A stretch of 64,000 bases of DNA from Eledone cirrhosa (Eukaryota), in the NCBI GenBank assembly GCA_964016885.1, contig OZ024757.1, positions 31,000,001 to 31,064,000 of the forward strand. Direction: 5' to 3'. Shown piece after piece: positions 1-14,039 of the stretch. How positions within the stretch are numbered: the first letter of the stretch is position 1; each line of letters opens with the position of its first letter. The position numbers and the translations under genes are program-made. Below the pieces are notes generated by a model, which did not search any database, was not told where the DNA came from, and was given only the letters and a program-made list of their open reading frames with translations.

Positions 1-49
1 GTATATATATATATATGTATATATATATATGTATATATACATATGTATG

Positions 50-83
<34 letters not shown>

Positions 84-127
84 TATGTATATACATATGT
101 ATATATATGTATATGAATATGAATATA

Positions 128-166
<39 letters not shown>

Positions 167-197
167 GAATATGAATATATGTGTATATACATATATA

Positions 198-232
<35 letters not shown>
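1..232. repeat. Interrupted (TA)n microsatellite, representative of dozens of such tracts
   Basis: TA repeat with TG/CA interruptions. Confidence 0.98.
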
Positions 233-238
<6 letters not shown>

Positions 239-605
239 CCTTAATGATATTAGCTTTTAAAGAATCTCCCTTTTCTTTAATTCTATCGACCATGACTGAC
301 CCCCCACTGATTTTATAGACATCTGTTAGCTTAAGAGAAACTTATTGACAAGGAATGGTATGCCATCCGGAACCTGTTTATAGAATTCTGTCTGCCCTTG
401 TTACTCTAAAAACATAAATAAATAAAAATAAACTATAGCTTTGTAGAATTAGCTTTTAATGAATTCCCTTTTCTATCAACCAATGACCTGCACCCCACCC
501 TCTCCTACCACTTGTAGAGACCTATAAATACCATATTTATTTTTTGATACCCAGATTCCTGATGATTTCTAATGAATGAAACAGTTCTAGTCCTGTAGAA
601 TCTCA

Positions 606-608
<3 letters not shown>
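233..608 (+). mobile_element. Penelope-like terminal (pLTR-type) remnant, family A
   Basis: 466-608 closely matches both arms of the fold-back at 50006-50304. Contains a hammerhead and is flanked by (TA)n. Confidence 0.65.
553..603 (+). ncRNA. Type I hammerhead ribozyme, core intact
   Basis: AGATTC CTGATGA T TTC-TAAT-GAA T GAAA CAG-TTCTAGTC-CTG TA GAATCT. Helix I is 6 bp, helix II 3 bp (U-U at its base), helix III CAG/CTG, triplet GUA. Confidence 0.8.
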
Positions 609-637
<29 letters not shown>

Positions 638-641
<4 letters not shown>

Positions 642-710
642 AACGAGTAGGACCCCGACGGCTGAGCTCAAGCCGTTTGGACGGCTAATTCTTACCACAT
701 TTCCTTCGTT
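638..710. mobile_element. Family B fold-back fragment (inverted arm joined to tail end)
   Basis: Matches the left arm and the last bases of the tail of 11997-12200. Confidence 0.7.
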
Positions 711-1357
711 ATATATATATATATATATATAACGCACACACACACACATATATTCATATACACACACACACATATACATTATATATATATATATATACAC
801 ACACATATATTCATATACACACACATATTCATATACACACACACACATATACATTATATATATATATACACACACATATATTCATATACACACACACATA
901 TATTCATATACACATACATATATTCATATACACACACACACATATACATTATATATATATATATATATGCACACACATATATTCATATACACACACACAT
1001 ATATTCATATACACACACATATATTCATATACACACACATATATTCATATACACAAATACATATATGTATGTACGCATGTTTCTATGTATGTATGTGTTA
1101 GTGTATTTACATAGACACATACACATACACACTCTCACACACCACACATTACACACCACAGACATATATATAGAGAGAGAAAGAGAGAGATAGATGAGTG
1201 TTATCAATTAATCAATAAATACTTGTATATGTCAGGAAATTGCTGCACAAAGCAAAATAAAACGAGTAAAAGATTAGGAAAACCAGCAACAAGTGGAAAG
1301 ATAATGAGAATTAGCAACAAACAACAGGAAGTGAGAAATAGCAACACACAGACACAC

Positions 1358-1390
<33 letters not shown>

Positions 1391-1427
1391 CATGGAGGCA
1401 CGTATATATATATACATATATATAGAT

Positions 1428-1551
1428 GGAGGCACATGGCTTAGTGGTTAGAGCATTGGCCTTGCAATCGAAAGGTTGTGGTGATGTGTTGTTTCCTTGA
1501 GCAAGACACTTCATTTCACATTGCTCCAGTTTACTCAGCTGTAGAAATGAG
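1428..1551 (+). mobile_element. tRNA-derived SINE family 1, head plus core, B box deleted
   Basis: A box TGGCTTAGTGG, CORE-like TCCTTGAGCAAGACACTT; matches the reverse complement of 5195-5338. Confidence 0.85.
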
Positions 1552-1747
1552 ATATATATATGTGTCTGTATATGTATGTCTGTATATATATGTATATATT
1601 TGTGTCTGTGTGACATGTGTATGTGTCTGTATGTATATGTCTGTATGTATATGTCTGTATTTATATATATATATATATATATATGAATATATATATATAT
1701 ATATATGAATATATATAAATATATATATATGTATATATATATATATA

Positions 1748-1925
1748 TCATCATCATCATCATCATCATTTTACGTCCACTTTTCCCTGCTTGCAAGGGT
1801 GGGACGGGAACTGATTCTGGCTTGATTTCTACAGCTGGATGTCCTTCCTAACACCAACCTCATTTACAGTGAGTGCTGGGTGCTTTTTGCCGTGGCACCT
1901 CCACGACCACTTTGCAGTGGAATGA
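1748..1925 (-). mobile_element. SINE family 1, 3' half with (ATG)n tail
   Basis: Near-identical to 5015-5175. Confidence 0.85.
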
Positions 1926-2001
1926 TATTCACATAGACACATACACACATACACACAGACATACACATACAGATAGACATATATGTGGCTGTATGTATAT
2001 G

Positions 2002-2039
<38 letters not shown>

Positions 2040-2042
<3 letters not shown>

Positions 2043-2340
2043 TTGCGAGGTTTTTGATATGAAATCGTGTGTCGAAACAAATATTGTTATACACCACTGA
2101 CGATGTTGCAGATGTGCAACGAAAGAACTTTGATAAACTATATATATGTGTTTGTGTCTATATTGTATCTGTATTATTTTTGACCGTTGGTCAGTCAATG
2201 GCAACATTGAGGACCGAATAAATTAGATTACCGATATAAAAGACACAGAAGCGAACAGCGAAGACCAACCAAACAGTGAGTGTGTTCTGTATTAATTCTG
2301 GCAATATTACACAGATATGACCCTCCCCAAGTATAACAAT
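2040..2340 (+). mobile_element. Penelope-like remnant with degenerate hammerhead at 2097-2131
   Basis: CTGACGA T GTTGCA-GATG-TGCAAC GAAA; helices I and III are weak. The ends recur at 44560-44645 and 44965-45008. Confidence 0.5.
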
Positions 2341-2349
2341 ATACACACA

Positions 2350-2910
2350 CACACACATACAGGCACATATATACACATGCACACAGACATATACACATAC
2401 ACATAGACATATACATACACATAGTAATATTGACATAGACACATATATACACATACACACACAGACATATACATACACATACATACACATAGTAATATTG
2501 ACTTAGACACACACATACAGACACATATACACATACACACAGACATATATATACGTATACATACACATAGTAATATTGTCATAGACACATATATACACAT
2601 ACACACAGACACATATATACACATGCACACATATATACATACACATAGTAATATTGACATGGACACACACAGACACATACATACAGACACATATATACAC
2701 ATACACACATACATATAGAAATATTGACATAGACACATATATACATATACACACAGACATATACATACACATATATACACAGTTAAACACACACGCAAAA
2801 TAATACACTCACACGCATACAGACAATAATACAGATACACAATAATAGACGTACGTAGACACACACACACAATAATATTGACATAGATAATAATACGCAC
2901 ACACAATAAT
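2350..2910. repeat. Compound minisatellite (TAGTAATATTGACATAGAC plus CA/TA spacer)
   Basis: Motif recurs about 6 times. Confidence 0.85.
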
Positions 2911-2961
2911 ACAAATATATATATATATACATAATATATTTATACAAGAGACATATACAGT

Positions 2962-3100
2962 TGTGACCCCGATGGCTGAGCTCCTGCCACTTCAACAGCT
3001 AGTTCCGACTCCTTCATATTACCACACTACTATCCCAAGTATTGAGTACTCTGGTGAGTAATGGTCTAACAAGCTTTTACTGCATCCATTCTGATTTATG
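2962..3100 (+). mobile_element. Diverged family B element
   Basis: GACCCCGATGGCTGAGCTC arm, then a tail with GTATTGAGTACTCTGG. Confidence 0.65.
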
Positions 3101-3189
3101 ATATATATATATATATATATGTTATATATTTATATAAGAAAGATATATAATCTATAGACATGTATATACGCATGTATATATATATATTT

Positions 3190-3520
3190 ATTCATTTCAT
3201 TTTATCATTTCATTGCTTGCAAGGGTGGGACGGGAACTGATTCTGGCTTGATTTCTTCCTAACACCAACTGGGTGCTTTTTTTTTTTTTCCATGGGGCCT
3301 ACACGTCCTCTTTACAGTGCAGGCTGGGTGCTTTTTTGCCGTGGCACCTCCAGTGGAATAATAGGGACCCCAGTCATCTCATTTCTACAGCTGAGTAAAC
3401 TGGAGCAATGTGAAATAAAGTGTCTTGCTCAAGGAAACAACACATCACCCAGTCTGTGAATTGAACTCACAACCTTTCGATTGCAAGGCCAATGCTCTAA
3501 CCACTAAGCCATGTGCCTCC
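3190..3520 (-). mobile_element. SINE family 1 copy with internal deletions
   Basis: Collinear with 4995-5338. Confidence 0.85.
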
Positions 3521-3658
3521 ATATATATTATATATATATTATATATATGTTATATATTTATATAAGAAAGATATATAATCTATAGACATGTATATATGCA
3601 TGTATATATATATATATATGTTATATATTTATATAAGAAAGATATATAATTTATAGGC

Positions 3659-3767
<109 letters not shown>

Positions 3768-3964
3768 CACATAGATTTCTTTGATTGTTATCAAGCTAAT
3801 ATTTTCTAGCGGAGTATTGGTTTCCCAAGAACATATCTCACTGAATTTGCTCTGTAAGAATCTCTCTTCACACATGTTATCATTGAACCATTCTGCAGGA
3901 AGCAAGGTCAGAATGATTGTGATAACGTCTATGCCTTTAGCATTGTATTGATCTAATTCCACAT

Positions 3965-4000
<36 letters not shown>

Positions 4001-4225
4001 ATAACTAGAGATTGATTAACATATAAATAAACATGAATAATCACAAGAGATCCTGTGATTATTCATGTTTATTTATATGTTAATCAATCTCTAGTTATCA
4101 TAAAATGCTCGGACCTACTCGTTAGAATCTTAGAGCTTATTTTGCGGGTGATATGGCGCATGTCTTTCTGGCATGACACCCATAATTTTGATTTAGATTA
4201 AATTCATTTGATTTATCTTAATTTT

Positions 4226-4228
<3 letters not shown>
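4001..4228 (+). mobile_element. Fold-back element: perfect 45-bp arms plus tail
   Basis: 4001-4045 is the exact reverse complement of 4054-4098; unpaired tail to 4228; (TA)n on both sides. Confidence 0.8.
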
Positions 4229-4267
<39 letters not shown>

Positions 4268-4275
<8 letters not shown>

Positions 4276-4670
4276 AAAGGATAACAAGGACGATTGATTA
4301 TTCCTTCATTGAATTTATTGATAGGTGACGCGCGTTTCGCCACTGATCAGCTCAAGGTTTGATCTATATCGATCCTACCCGACTCAATAATCGGCAGCTC
4401 GACGGACCCTCTTAAAATGCTAAAAGAAAATAGGGTCCATCGAGCTGCCGATTATTGAGTCGTGAAGGATCGATACAGATCGAACCTTGAGCTGATCAGT
4501 GGTGAAACACGCGTCACCTATCAATAAATTCAATGAAGGAGTAATCAATCGTCCTTGTTATCCTTTCAATATATTACTCTCTGTATATCTCTACACCTCA
4601 TCACAGAAGTGAACCTAAACATTGAGTGAACTCTCAGGTGAACCTGCAGTTACTCCTAGTTACACCCCCT

Positions 4671-4672
<2 letters not shown>
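4268..4672 (+). mobile_element. Fold-back element, about 140-bp arms, with hammerhead 3' half
   Basis: Arms 4268-4410 and 4432-4574. The left arm read on minus has GGCGAAACGCGCGTC then AATAAA; the tail has ATTGAGTG. Confidence 0.75.
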
Positions 4673-4744
<72 letters not shown>

Positions 4745-4774
4745 TTATATATATATCATATTGCATTATATATA

Positions 4775-4961
4775 TAATTGTTTCTTCTATAAGCACAAAG
4801 CCAGAAATTATCCCAGTGCATGACTGGTACTTTATTTTATTGACCCTGTAAGGATGAAAGACAAAGTTAACCTCGGCGGGATTTGAATTCAGACCGTAAA
4901 GTGGCGTAACTCTGTGCTGCAAAGCATGGCATCCGACCCTCTTCTAATACTGCCAATCCAC

Positions 4962-4963
<2 letters not shown>
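4775..4963 (-). mobile_element. tRNA-derived SINE family 2 (Meta-domain-like body)
   Basis: On minus: A-box-like TGGCAGTATTAG, B-box region, body TTTCATCCTTACAGGGTCAATAAAATAAAGTACCAG. More than 25 full or partial copies in the window. Confidence 0.85.
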
Positions 4964-4994
<31 letters not shown>

Positions 4995-4998
<4 letters not shown>

Positions 4999-5338
4999 TT
5001 TCATTTTTTCATTTCATTTTACGTCCGCTTTTCCCTGCTTGCAAGGGTGGGACAGGAACTGATTCTGGCTTGATTTCTACAGCTGGATGCCCTTCCTAAC
5101 ACCAACCTCATTTACAGTGAGTGCTGGGTGCTTTTTTGCCGTGGCACCTCCACGACCACTTTACAGTGGAATGATAGGGACCCCAGTCCCTATCACCTCA
5201 TTTCTACAGCTGAGTAAACTGGAGCAATGTGAAATAAAGTGTCTTGCTCAAGGAAACAACACATCACCCGGTCTGAGAATTGAACTCACAACCTTTTGAT
5301 TGCAAGGCCAATGCTCTAACCACTAAGCCATGTGCCTC
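4995..5338 (-). mobile_element. Full-length SINE family 1 with RTE-derived tail
   Basis: A box, B box GAGTTCAATTC, CORE-like block; 3' end shared with the RTE at 19648-19700. Confidence 0.9.
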
Positions 5339-5502
<164 letters not shown>

Positions 5503-5532
5503 ATAATGAATAAAAAATATGGCTAAAGACAG

Positions 5533-5733
5533 GAATATTGGTAGCCATAACTACAAAATATTGTCAGCCATAACAACCAAATATTGGTAGCCATAACTAC
5601 AAAATATTGGTAGTCATAACTACAAAATATTGGTAGCCATAACTACAAAATATTGGTAGTCATAACTACAAAATATTGGTAGTCATAACTACAAATTATT
5701 GGTAGCCATAACTACAAATTATTGGTAGTCAAA
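5533..5733. repeat. 23-bp minisatellite, resuming after the transposon
   Basis: AATATTGGTAGCCATAACTACAA about 8 times. Confidence 0.9.
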
Positions 5734-5736
5734 TTA

Positions 5737-7444
5737 CACCATGTAAGATATATTTTGTTCCCCGGTTCTAAGTGTCTTTTCCTGGTTTATCATATCCCAT
5801 TATTATAAAAAAACACTATTATTTAATCAAAAGTTTGGGTTTGTGGTCAGAAGTTTGATATTTCGAAATTTTCATATTTTTCAAGAAAAAAACACATTTT
5901 TTTAAAATTTATCAGTTCATATAATTATATCAACAGAGTATATATTTATTTTATTACGCAAGCTTATCAAAAGCAAACAAGTAAAAACAAATAACACTTA
6001 TAAAGCAACTTATACACGTCAGAAATGACTGGATTTCCTGGATTTGCGGTTGTAGTCCAGGTCGCATTCCCGCACTAGCCCCCAGATATAGTCCCCCATC
6101 ATTTTTTCATTGTAGTGGCCCTGGTACCTCCGCTCTATCTCTTTCACATCTTGGTGGAATCGTTCGCCTTGTTCTTCTGAGTAGGCGCCCATATTGTCCT
6201 TGAATTTTTCCAGGTGAGCATCCAGTATATGGAGTTTAAGCGACATCCTGCATCCCATGACGCCAAAAGCCTTTATCAGATCCTGCACTAGTTGCTGGTA
6301 GTTTTCAGCTCTGTAGTTGCTCAGGAAGCCCTTAACAACTGCCTTGAAACAGTTCCATGCTGTTCTCTCGATCCAATTGAGCTTATTGGAGAACTCGGTA
6401 GACTCAAACACCTTCTTTATCTGAGGTCAAACAAAAACTCCACCTTTGATTTTGGCCTCAGATAACTTGGGGAAGAACTCGAGAAGGTACTTAAAAGCAG
6501 CTGATTCTTGGTTGAGAGCCTTCACAAACTGCTTCATCAACCCCAACTTAATGTGCAGTGGCAGCATGAGCACAATCCTGGGATCAACCAGTGGCTCCCA
6601 CATGACGTTCCAGGTCCCAACTACAAATTCTGTTCGCTGCTCCCAGTTCTTTCTTTTGTAGTGGTCAGAGGTGGCTCTGCTGTCCCAAAGGCAGAGGAAG
6701 CATTGGAATTTGATAAAGCCTCCTTGGAGTCCAAGCAGGAAAGCCACCATCTTGAAGTCTCCAATGATTTCCCAATTGTACTGGTTGTATTGCAGAGCTT
6801 CCAAGAGGACTTTCACACTGTAGTAATCTTCCTTCAGGCAGACTGAATGAGCTAGGGGCAGTGTTGGGAACTTGTTTCCATTGTGGAGGAGGACAGCCTT
6901 CAAACTTGTGGTGGAGCTGTCTACAATAACGTCAAACAGTCCAGGCACGTCATGGCAGAAGCAGAGGCCATCCCTAAGAGTATAAAAGCCTGAGAAAGGT
7001 TCATGTCGACTTCTCTGACTTGTCACCTGCACTTCCTCCTTGACCAAGTTCCACTGCTTCATCCTGGAGACGAATGCTTAAAACACAACTTACCCTTTAT
7101 TCAGGGTGCGAAAATCCAGTATCAATAAATCTCTTTAATCCACTTTTTAACAATTTTATACTTCATTGCACTTTTATAATTTTCTTTAGGTATTACTCTT
7201 TATTTTATAATTTTAATTTAACCTGAAACATATATAAAAAAAATCCTTTAACATAAGCAAATTAAACTTACATACAATGTAAAATCCAGTATACAAATAA
7301 TTCTAGTGAATAGCTTAGAATTTTTACAAACCCCAACTTTTAACTGTTTAATAACACTTTTTTAAATTTATTTGGGACCTAAGCAACACAAAAAAAGTGA
7401 TTACAAGCCAGGAACAGAGAAAATTTTTTTTTTGTTACACAGTG
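5737..7444 (-). mobile_element. Chapaev3-type (CMC) DNA transposon, internally deleted
   Basis: Termini CACCATGTAA and TTACACAGTG; TTA duplicated at 5734-5736 and 7445-7447; transposase remnant inside. Confidence 0.8.
6019..7072 (-). pseudogene. Chapaev3-like transposase C-terminal part
   Basis: Motifs SLKAVLLHNGN, GDFKM, CFLCLWDSR, LHIKLGLMKQFVKAL and SEEQGERFHQD. The two ORFs are in frame, split by one TGA at 6427-6429 (GVFV*PQIKK). N-terminus missing. Confidence 0.85.
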
Positions 7445-7890
7445 TTATTGGTAGTCATATACAAAATATTGGTAACCATAAGAATTAATTATTGGTAGCC
7501 ATAAGAATTAAATATTGGATAATGAAAGCCAGCCATAAGAATTAAATATTGGATAATGAAAGCCAGCCATAAGAATTAAATATTGGATAATGAAAGCCAG
7601 TCATAAGAATTAAATATTGGATAATAAAAGCTAACTGTAACAACTGAATATTGGATAATATGAGTTAGTCATACCAACAAAATATTAGATAATTGTTTCT
7701 ACTTTAGGCACAAGGCCAGCAATTACCCAGTGCATTACTGGTACTTTATTTTATCGACCTCGTAAGGATGAAAGGCAAAGTCAACCTCGGCGGGATAATG
7801 AAAGCTAACCATTATTATAATGTAATATCAGGTAATGAAAGCTAGTTATAATAACGAAATATTGGATAATGAAAGCTAGCCATTACAATG
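7445..7890. repeat. Minisatellite continuation, unit lengthening to about 34 bp, interrupted by a SINE2 fragment (7690-7795)
   Basis: AATATTGGATAATGAAAGCCAGCCATAAGAATTA repeats. Confidence 0.8.
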
Positions 7891-8327
7891 GAATATATGA
7901 AACTGAGAACTACACAAAACAGGTACACAAAACAGTTTCATTTACAATAATTCTATAATTCCCCCATCTCTCCCTCTATTTTCCCATCTCACTCTCTCTG
8001 TCTATCTCCCCCTCTCTCTCAAAGAAATATCTTCTAGAAACATGACACTGCAAAAGATTCTATGAAACTTTAACATAGAAATGGACCTCCAGCTTACACG
8101 CAATAAGTCTGCGATAATTCCTCTTCCATGCTAAAATGACATGAACAAGTTAAATAATTGACATGTCTGTACAGGAATGGTTAGAATGTTGTGCTGAAGT
8201 CAGCCAAAAAGCCAAGGAAATTTCATTGATTTTCAGAATTCAATTGAAAACACTGTAGCAAGCGAAGGAGTCTTTCTCCAATATTTTTTTTGATTTTCAC
8301 TTATAAAAGAGCTATAACTGGAATGGC

Positions 8328-9450
8328 ATGAAGGAATTTAGCCTAGTGGTGAGGGTGTTAGACTGTCAGTCATAAGGCCATGGGTTTGATTCCAGGACAG
8401 GATGGCACATTATGTTTTTGTGCAAGATATTTCATTTCACACTGCTTTCCATGATGTGACTGGGGTCCCTAACATTAAAACATCCAAGAAACCTCATATG
8501 AAATACAATATCATACCTACATAGGTGTGAGTTGTAACAACAAGACAGGACTGGGTCTCTATCATTAGAATATCCAAGAAACCTCCTATGAAATTCAATA
8601 TCATACAAGGCCAGCTAAACCTATATTGATGTGAATTGTATCATCAAGATAGGACAGGGGCCCTCTATCATGAAATCATCCAAGAAACCTCCTATGAAAT
8701 ACAATATCATATGAGGCCAACTAAACCTTCATAGGTGTGAGTTGTAACAAGATAGAACCAGGTCCCTCTATCATTAAAACACCCAAGAAAGCTCTTATGA
8801 GGTGCAAACCAGTACGAGGCCAGCTAAACCAAGATAGGATTGGGTCCCTCTATCATGTAAACACCCCAGAAACCTCTTATTACATACAAGATAGTAAGAG
8901 GTCAGCTGACCCTGAATTAGTGTGAGCTGTAACAACAACAACAACAACATAAGATCAGGGCCCCTATTGTTAAAAAAGTTAAAAAACACATAGGATATAC
9001 AATCTCATATAAGGCCAGCTACATCTACATAGGTGTGAGCTGTTATAATAACAACATAATACAACTGAGGCCCCTATCATTAAAACATCCAACAAACCTC
9101 CTAGGTAGCCAACTAAAACTACATAGGCATGAGTTGTAACAGCAATAACATGATATGACTGGGGTCACTATCATTAAACATCCAAGAAACCTCCTATAAG
9201 ATACAACCTCTTTGGAGGCCAGCTAAACCTGCATAGGTGTGACTTGTATCAACAACATCTTACAACTATGGCCACTCTCATCAAAATACTCCCCAAAAAA
9301 CTCTGTTAGATACAACATTGCAGGAGGTTAGCTAAACCTGCAAAATTGTGAGCTATCAAAAGAACATGATACCACTGTAGTCCCTACCATTAAAACAGCC
9401 AAGAAACCTCCAATGAGGTACAACTTTATATGAGGTTAACTGAGCCTACA
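8328..9450 (+). repeat. Diverged SINE head followed by a diverged 100-120 bp tandem array
   Basis: About 9 copies of GACTGGGGTCCCTATCATTAAAACATCCAAGAAACCTC...GCTAAACCTACATAGGTGTGAGTTGTAAC. Confidence 0.8.
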
Positions 9451-9607
9451 TCATCTCTAGAAACACAACTGAAGGTAGTATAGTCAAATACTGTCATTCA
9501 TCAGGGGTCAACCAAAGAAGAATACCTATAAAATGTATGGTGACAATGGAGATGCTACAGCATGGCCTCAGCCCATTGGTTGGAAAAATATAAGTGTGTG
9601 TGTATAT

Positions 9608-10082
9608 ATATAGAGAGAGAAAAGGTGAAGTTGGAAATAGCACAGAAAGTATATTTTAGGGTCTGTTTTTCTTTTTTTCCTCTCTTTGTTTCGTCAAAGT
9701 GACATTATTGAAAAGAAGTCCATTTCTCAACAAGGAAGATGGGAAAAAAACTTACCTCAACACTTAATTTTAAATCTTTAATTTTTAGTTTTTAATTCCT
9801 ATTAATTCTTTTTAATTGTAATACTCAACATTTGATAAGATGAATTTTAATTATACATCGAAACTGGTTATACTTTATATACTTTATAAAACCTTTTTTA
9901 AAAAAGAATTGTCCCTCTCATTTTTTCAATAATGTCTTCTTTTCAATAATGTCACTTTGACGAATCAAAGAAAGGAAAAAAAAAAGTAAAACAGACCCTA
10001 AAATATATTTTCCGTGCTATTTCCAGCTTCACCTTTTCTCTATATCCACTGTTTTGTATAGAACCTTATTTCCCTTTTCAAA
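9608..10082 (+). mobile_element. Fold-back element, about 115-bp arms with about 200-bp spacer and short tail
   Basis: 9608-9724 is inverted to 9931-10044. Confidence 0.75.
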
Positions 10083-10094
10083 TATATATATATA

Positions 10095-11095
10095 CTAGCA
10101 GAGGTACCCGGCGTTGCTCGGATATTAAATAGCAGTTGTGTATACCATTTATGTCAATACTTCAGTGCTGCTTCGAAAACTATACTTTTACAAAATCATC
10201 GGCTTTTTCCAAAAGGGGGTTCCTGCCCCCAAGGGTCCCCTACCCAATATGTGCCAATTCTGAGAGTTCACATTCATCTGTAGGACAAACGTAGCCCATG
10301 TGTCAAGTTTTGTGAAAATCGGTTGCGAACTCCAGAAGTTATGACGTTTTGTTGCATTGCACTGCAGTTCTTCAGTCGACTCCAAGGAAGTGGTTAAAGT
10401 GGTTAAAGGGGTTATCTGCCGGGGGGCCCTATAATCAATATCTGGAAAAATGACAGTGCCCATGACCATCCGGAGTACATAAGTAACCTATGTCTTAAGT
10501 TTGGTGAAAATACTGTAGAAATGCATAAGGTTTATACATACGCGCGTGTGTGTGTGTATGTATTTGTGTGTGCGTATGTGCATGACCGTCGGCGCATACG
10601 TATGCATTGGCCTAAATCTTCACTATTTACTTTAACTATTTTAATAACCTCTGTCATTTTCGTTTTCAATTTTATTTACATCATTCTTAAACTCCGGGGC
10701 TGGAAATCATTCTGTTATGGTAAATAGAATATTAGTCTAACGACTCCATTTATACCATAAACTTGGTCTTGTCTTTGCATGAAATTCGCTTTTTTCCCGT
10801 TCATTGCCAGAGAACGTCTTCACGAACCAAAATATCGTCTTCCTGTTTTCGTTCGGTTGCAACGTTTCTCGAAATACTTACTTCTGCGTTCACAGATTAT
10901 TCTCAATTTGAATGGGAAATTCCTGTTTCATCGATTTTCTCCGTAACCATGGAAGCTTGTAGCTTGAAAGTCGACCCAAACCTCCTCGGGTCATTCTGCA
11001 TAACTGTGTAAATTTTCGCTGCATTCCACCAAGCCGTTTCGACGTTCATCCAACTACACCTACAACGTCCGACCACTTCCAATTTATATAGTAGA
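10095..11095 (-). mobile_element. Complete non-autonomous Helitron
   Basis: Minus strand starts TCTACTATATAAA and ends with hairpin CCGAGCAACGCCGGG then CTAG; inserted between A and T with no TSD. Confidence 0.85.
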
Positions 11096-11379
11096 TTTGT
11101 TTATATATGAATGACAAAAAGAAAAGTACAAAACTATACATGAATTGTTTCTACTAAACCTTCAATTTAAGACACAACCTACATATTTGATAGGACTCCA
11201 GCTCACTTCTTCTTCTTCTTTTGCTCCCCCTGGAACAATGGGCTGCGAGCCACCCCCACACAACGCCATGTTCTGAGTCTGCTTTTCAACTCCACCGTGA
11301 TGCACGGTGCGTCATGGTGTATCTAACCATTTTTTAGGTCTTACTACAGGATTTTACTGCTTTATTTGTATGAAATTGT

Positions 11380-11609
11380 AAATAAGACAAAAGTATTAGA
11401 ACAGGGGGAAATAACTCACCGAACGCAATAGTTTTGGGGCCCCAGGGACCACACTTTTCAAGTTAGAGATTTGAAACCTCGTCTATTTGCTTCCTTGGCA
11501 CTTTTTACATAGGTGTGTAAATTTTCATGTCAGTCCGACCACGTCTACTACCATTTAACCGTGCACATCTGAATTCCAACCACCACCCATTTCACAAATA
11601 TATATTAGA
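11380..11609 (-). mobile_element. Probable Helitron 5' fragment
   Basis: Minus strand begins A|TCTAATATATA; TGTGTAAATTTTC shared with the neighbouring Helitron. Confidence 0.45.
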
Positions 11610-11782
11610 TATATATATTAATTCGAATATGTGTTGGTTAATTACTGACACTTTATCCCTGTGACTAAGCAGGGCTGTGAGGAGGTCATGAAACATTAGA
11701 AGGGAACGGGCACTCAAAGCAAAAACATACACTTTTTTTTAGTCTGCTCCTTTCCACACAAATGTTACCTTTTAATAAATTT

Positions 11783-11965
11783 TTGCTATCTGAAGAAATC
11801 ACGGTATCTATCGTCATTGAAATATGTATAACAACGGCTCAATTAATACAGGACTCTAACATCTACGACTTCGCATGTTCCTCTTTATTAATATACTCCG
11901 TCATCCTTGTGTTTTAGGAAGTAACATGACGTTGAGTGCTAGATGTGAATTGCATCCTTGTATAC

Positions 11966-11968
<3 letters not shown>
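11783..11968 (+). mobile_element. Penelope-like end with degenerate hammerhead and tail
   Basis: CTGAAGA (11790) AATCACGGTATCTATCGTCATT GAAA TATGTA; tail has GTTGAGTGC. Confidence 0.55.
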
Positions 11969-11996
<28 letters not shown>

Positions 11997-12001
<5 letters not shown>

Positions 12002-12197
12002 AACCAGTAAGACCCCGACAGCTGAGCTCAAGCCGTTTCGACGGCTAATTCTGGACATTAATACAGAATTAGCCGTCGAAACGGCTTGAGCTCAGCTGTC
12101 GGGGTCTTACTGGTTCCTATTACCCACTCTACTACCTCAAGTATTGAGTACTTTGGTGCGTTATGGTCCACCCGGTTCCTTACCACATTTCCTTCGT

Positions 12198-12200
<3 letters not shown>
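11997..12200 (+). mobile_element. Family B fold-back element
   Basis: Arms 11997-12053 and 12064-12120; GAAACGGC-loop-GCTGTC; tail CTCTACTACC...GTATTGAGTAC. Confidence 0.85.
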
Positions 12201-12222
<22 letters not shown>

Positions 12223-12228
<6 letters not shown>

Positions 12229-12412
12229 CGTATCTCCAAAGAAATACAGTTTTAGGAAGCCGTAGCTATGCAAACACCGGGGGGCTAACGCCCGACATCA
12301 CCAGAGGGCGTTTGCATAGCTACGGCTTCCTAAAACTGTATTTCTTTAGAGATACGAAATATTTATACATATTGTATAAAGCTATGCTTGAAGCGAAATC
12401 CGATTTCTCTTT
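12223..12412 (+). mobile_element. Fold-back element, about 53-bp arms plus tail
   Basis: 12223-12275 is inverted to 12310-12362. Confidence 0.8.
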
Positions 12413-12431
12413 TATATATATATATATATAC

Positions 12432-12492
<61 letters not shown>

Positions 12493-12617
12493 TGTTGGTA
12501 TTTAAACGTTAGTTATAACTCTGGTTTATCCAAACTATTGAGCCCTTTGCCACGCATTTCGAAGATTATGTTTCGTTATTTCGTGGGCCGAGATTCCGAT
12601 TCTCGATAATTTATTTG

Positions 12618-14038
<1,421 letters not shown>

Positions 14039-14039
14039 T

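Noticed and set aside
5265-5338. SINE heads as tRNA genes
   Set aside because: They continue into SINE core and tail and lack a proper acceptor stem.
6427-6429. In-frame TGA as selenocysteine or readthrough
   Set aside because: The position is the Gly of the family motif FVGPQI (GGA to TGA) in an already deleted element.
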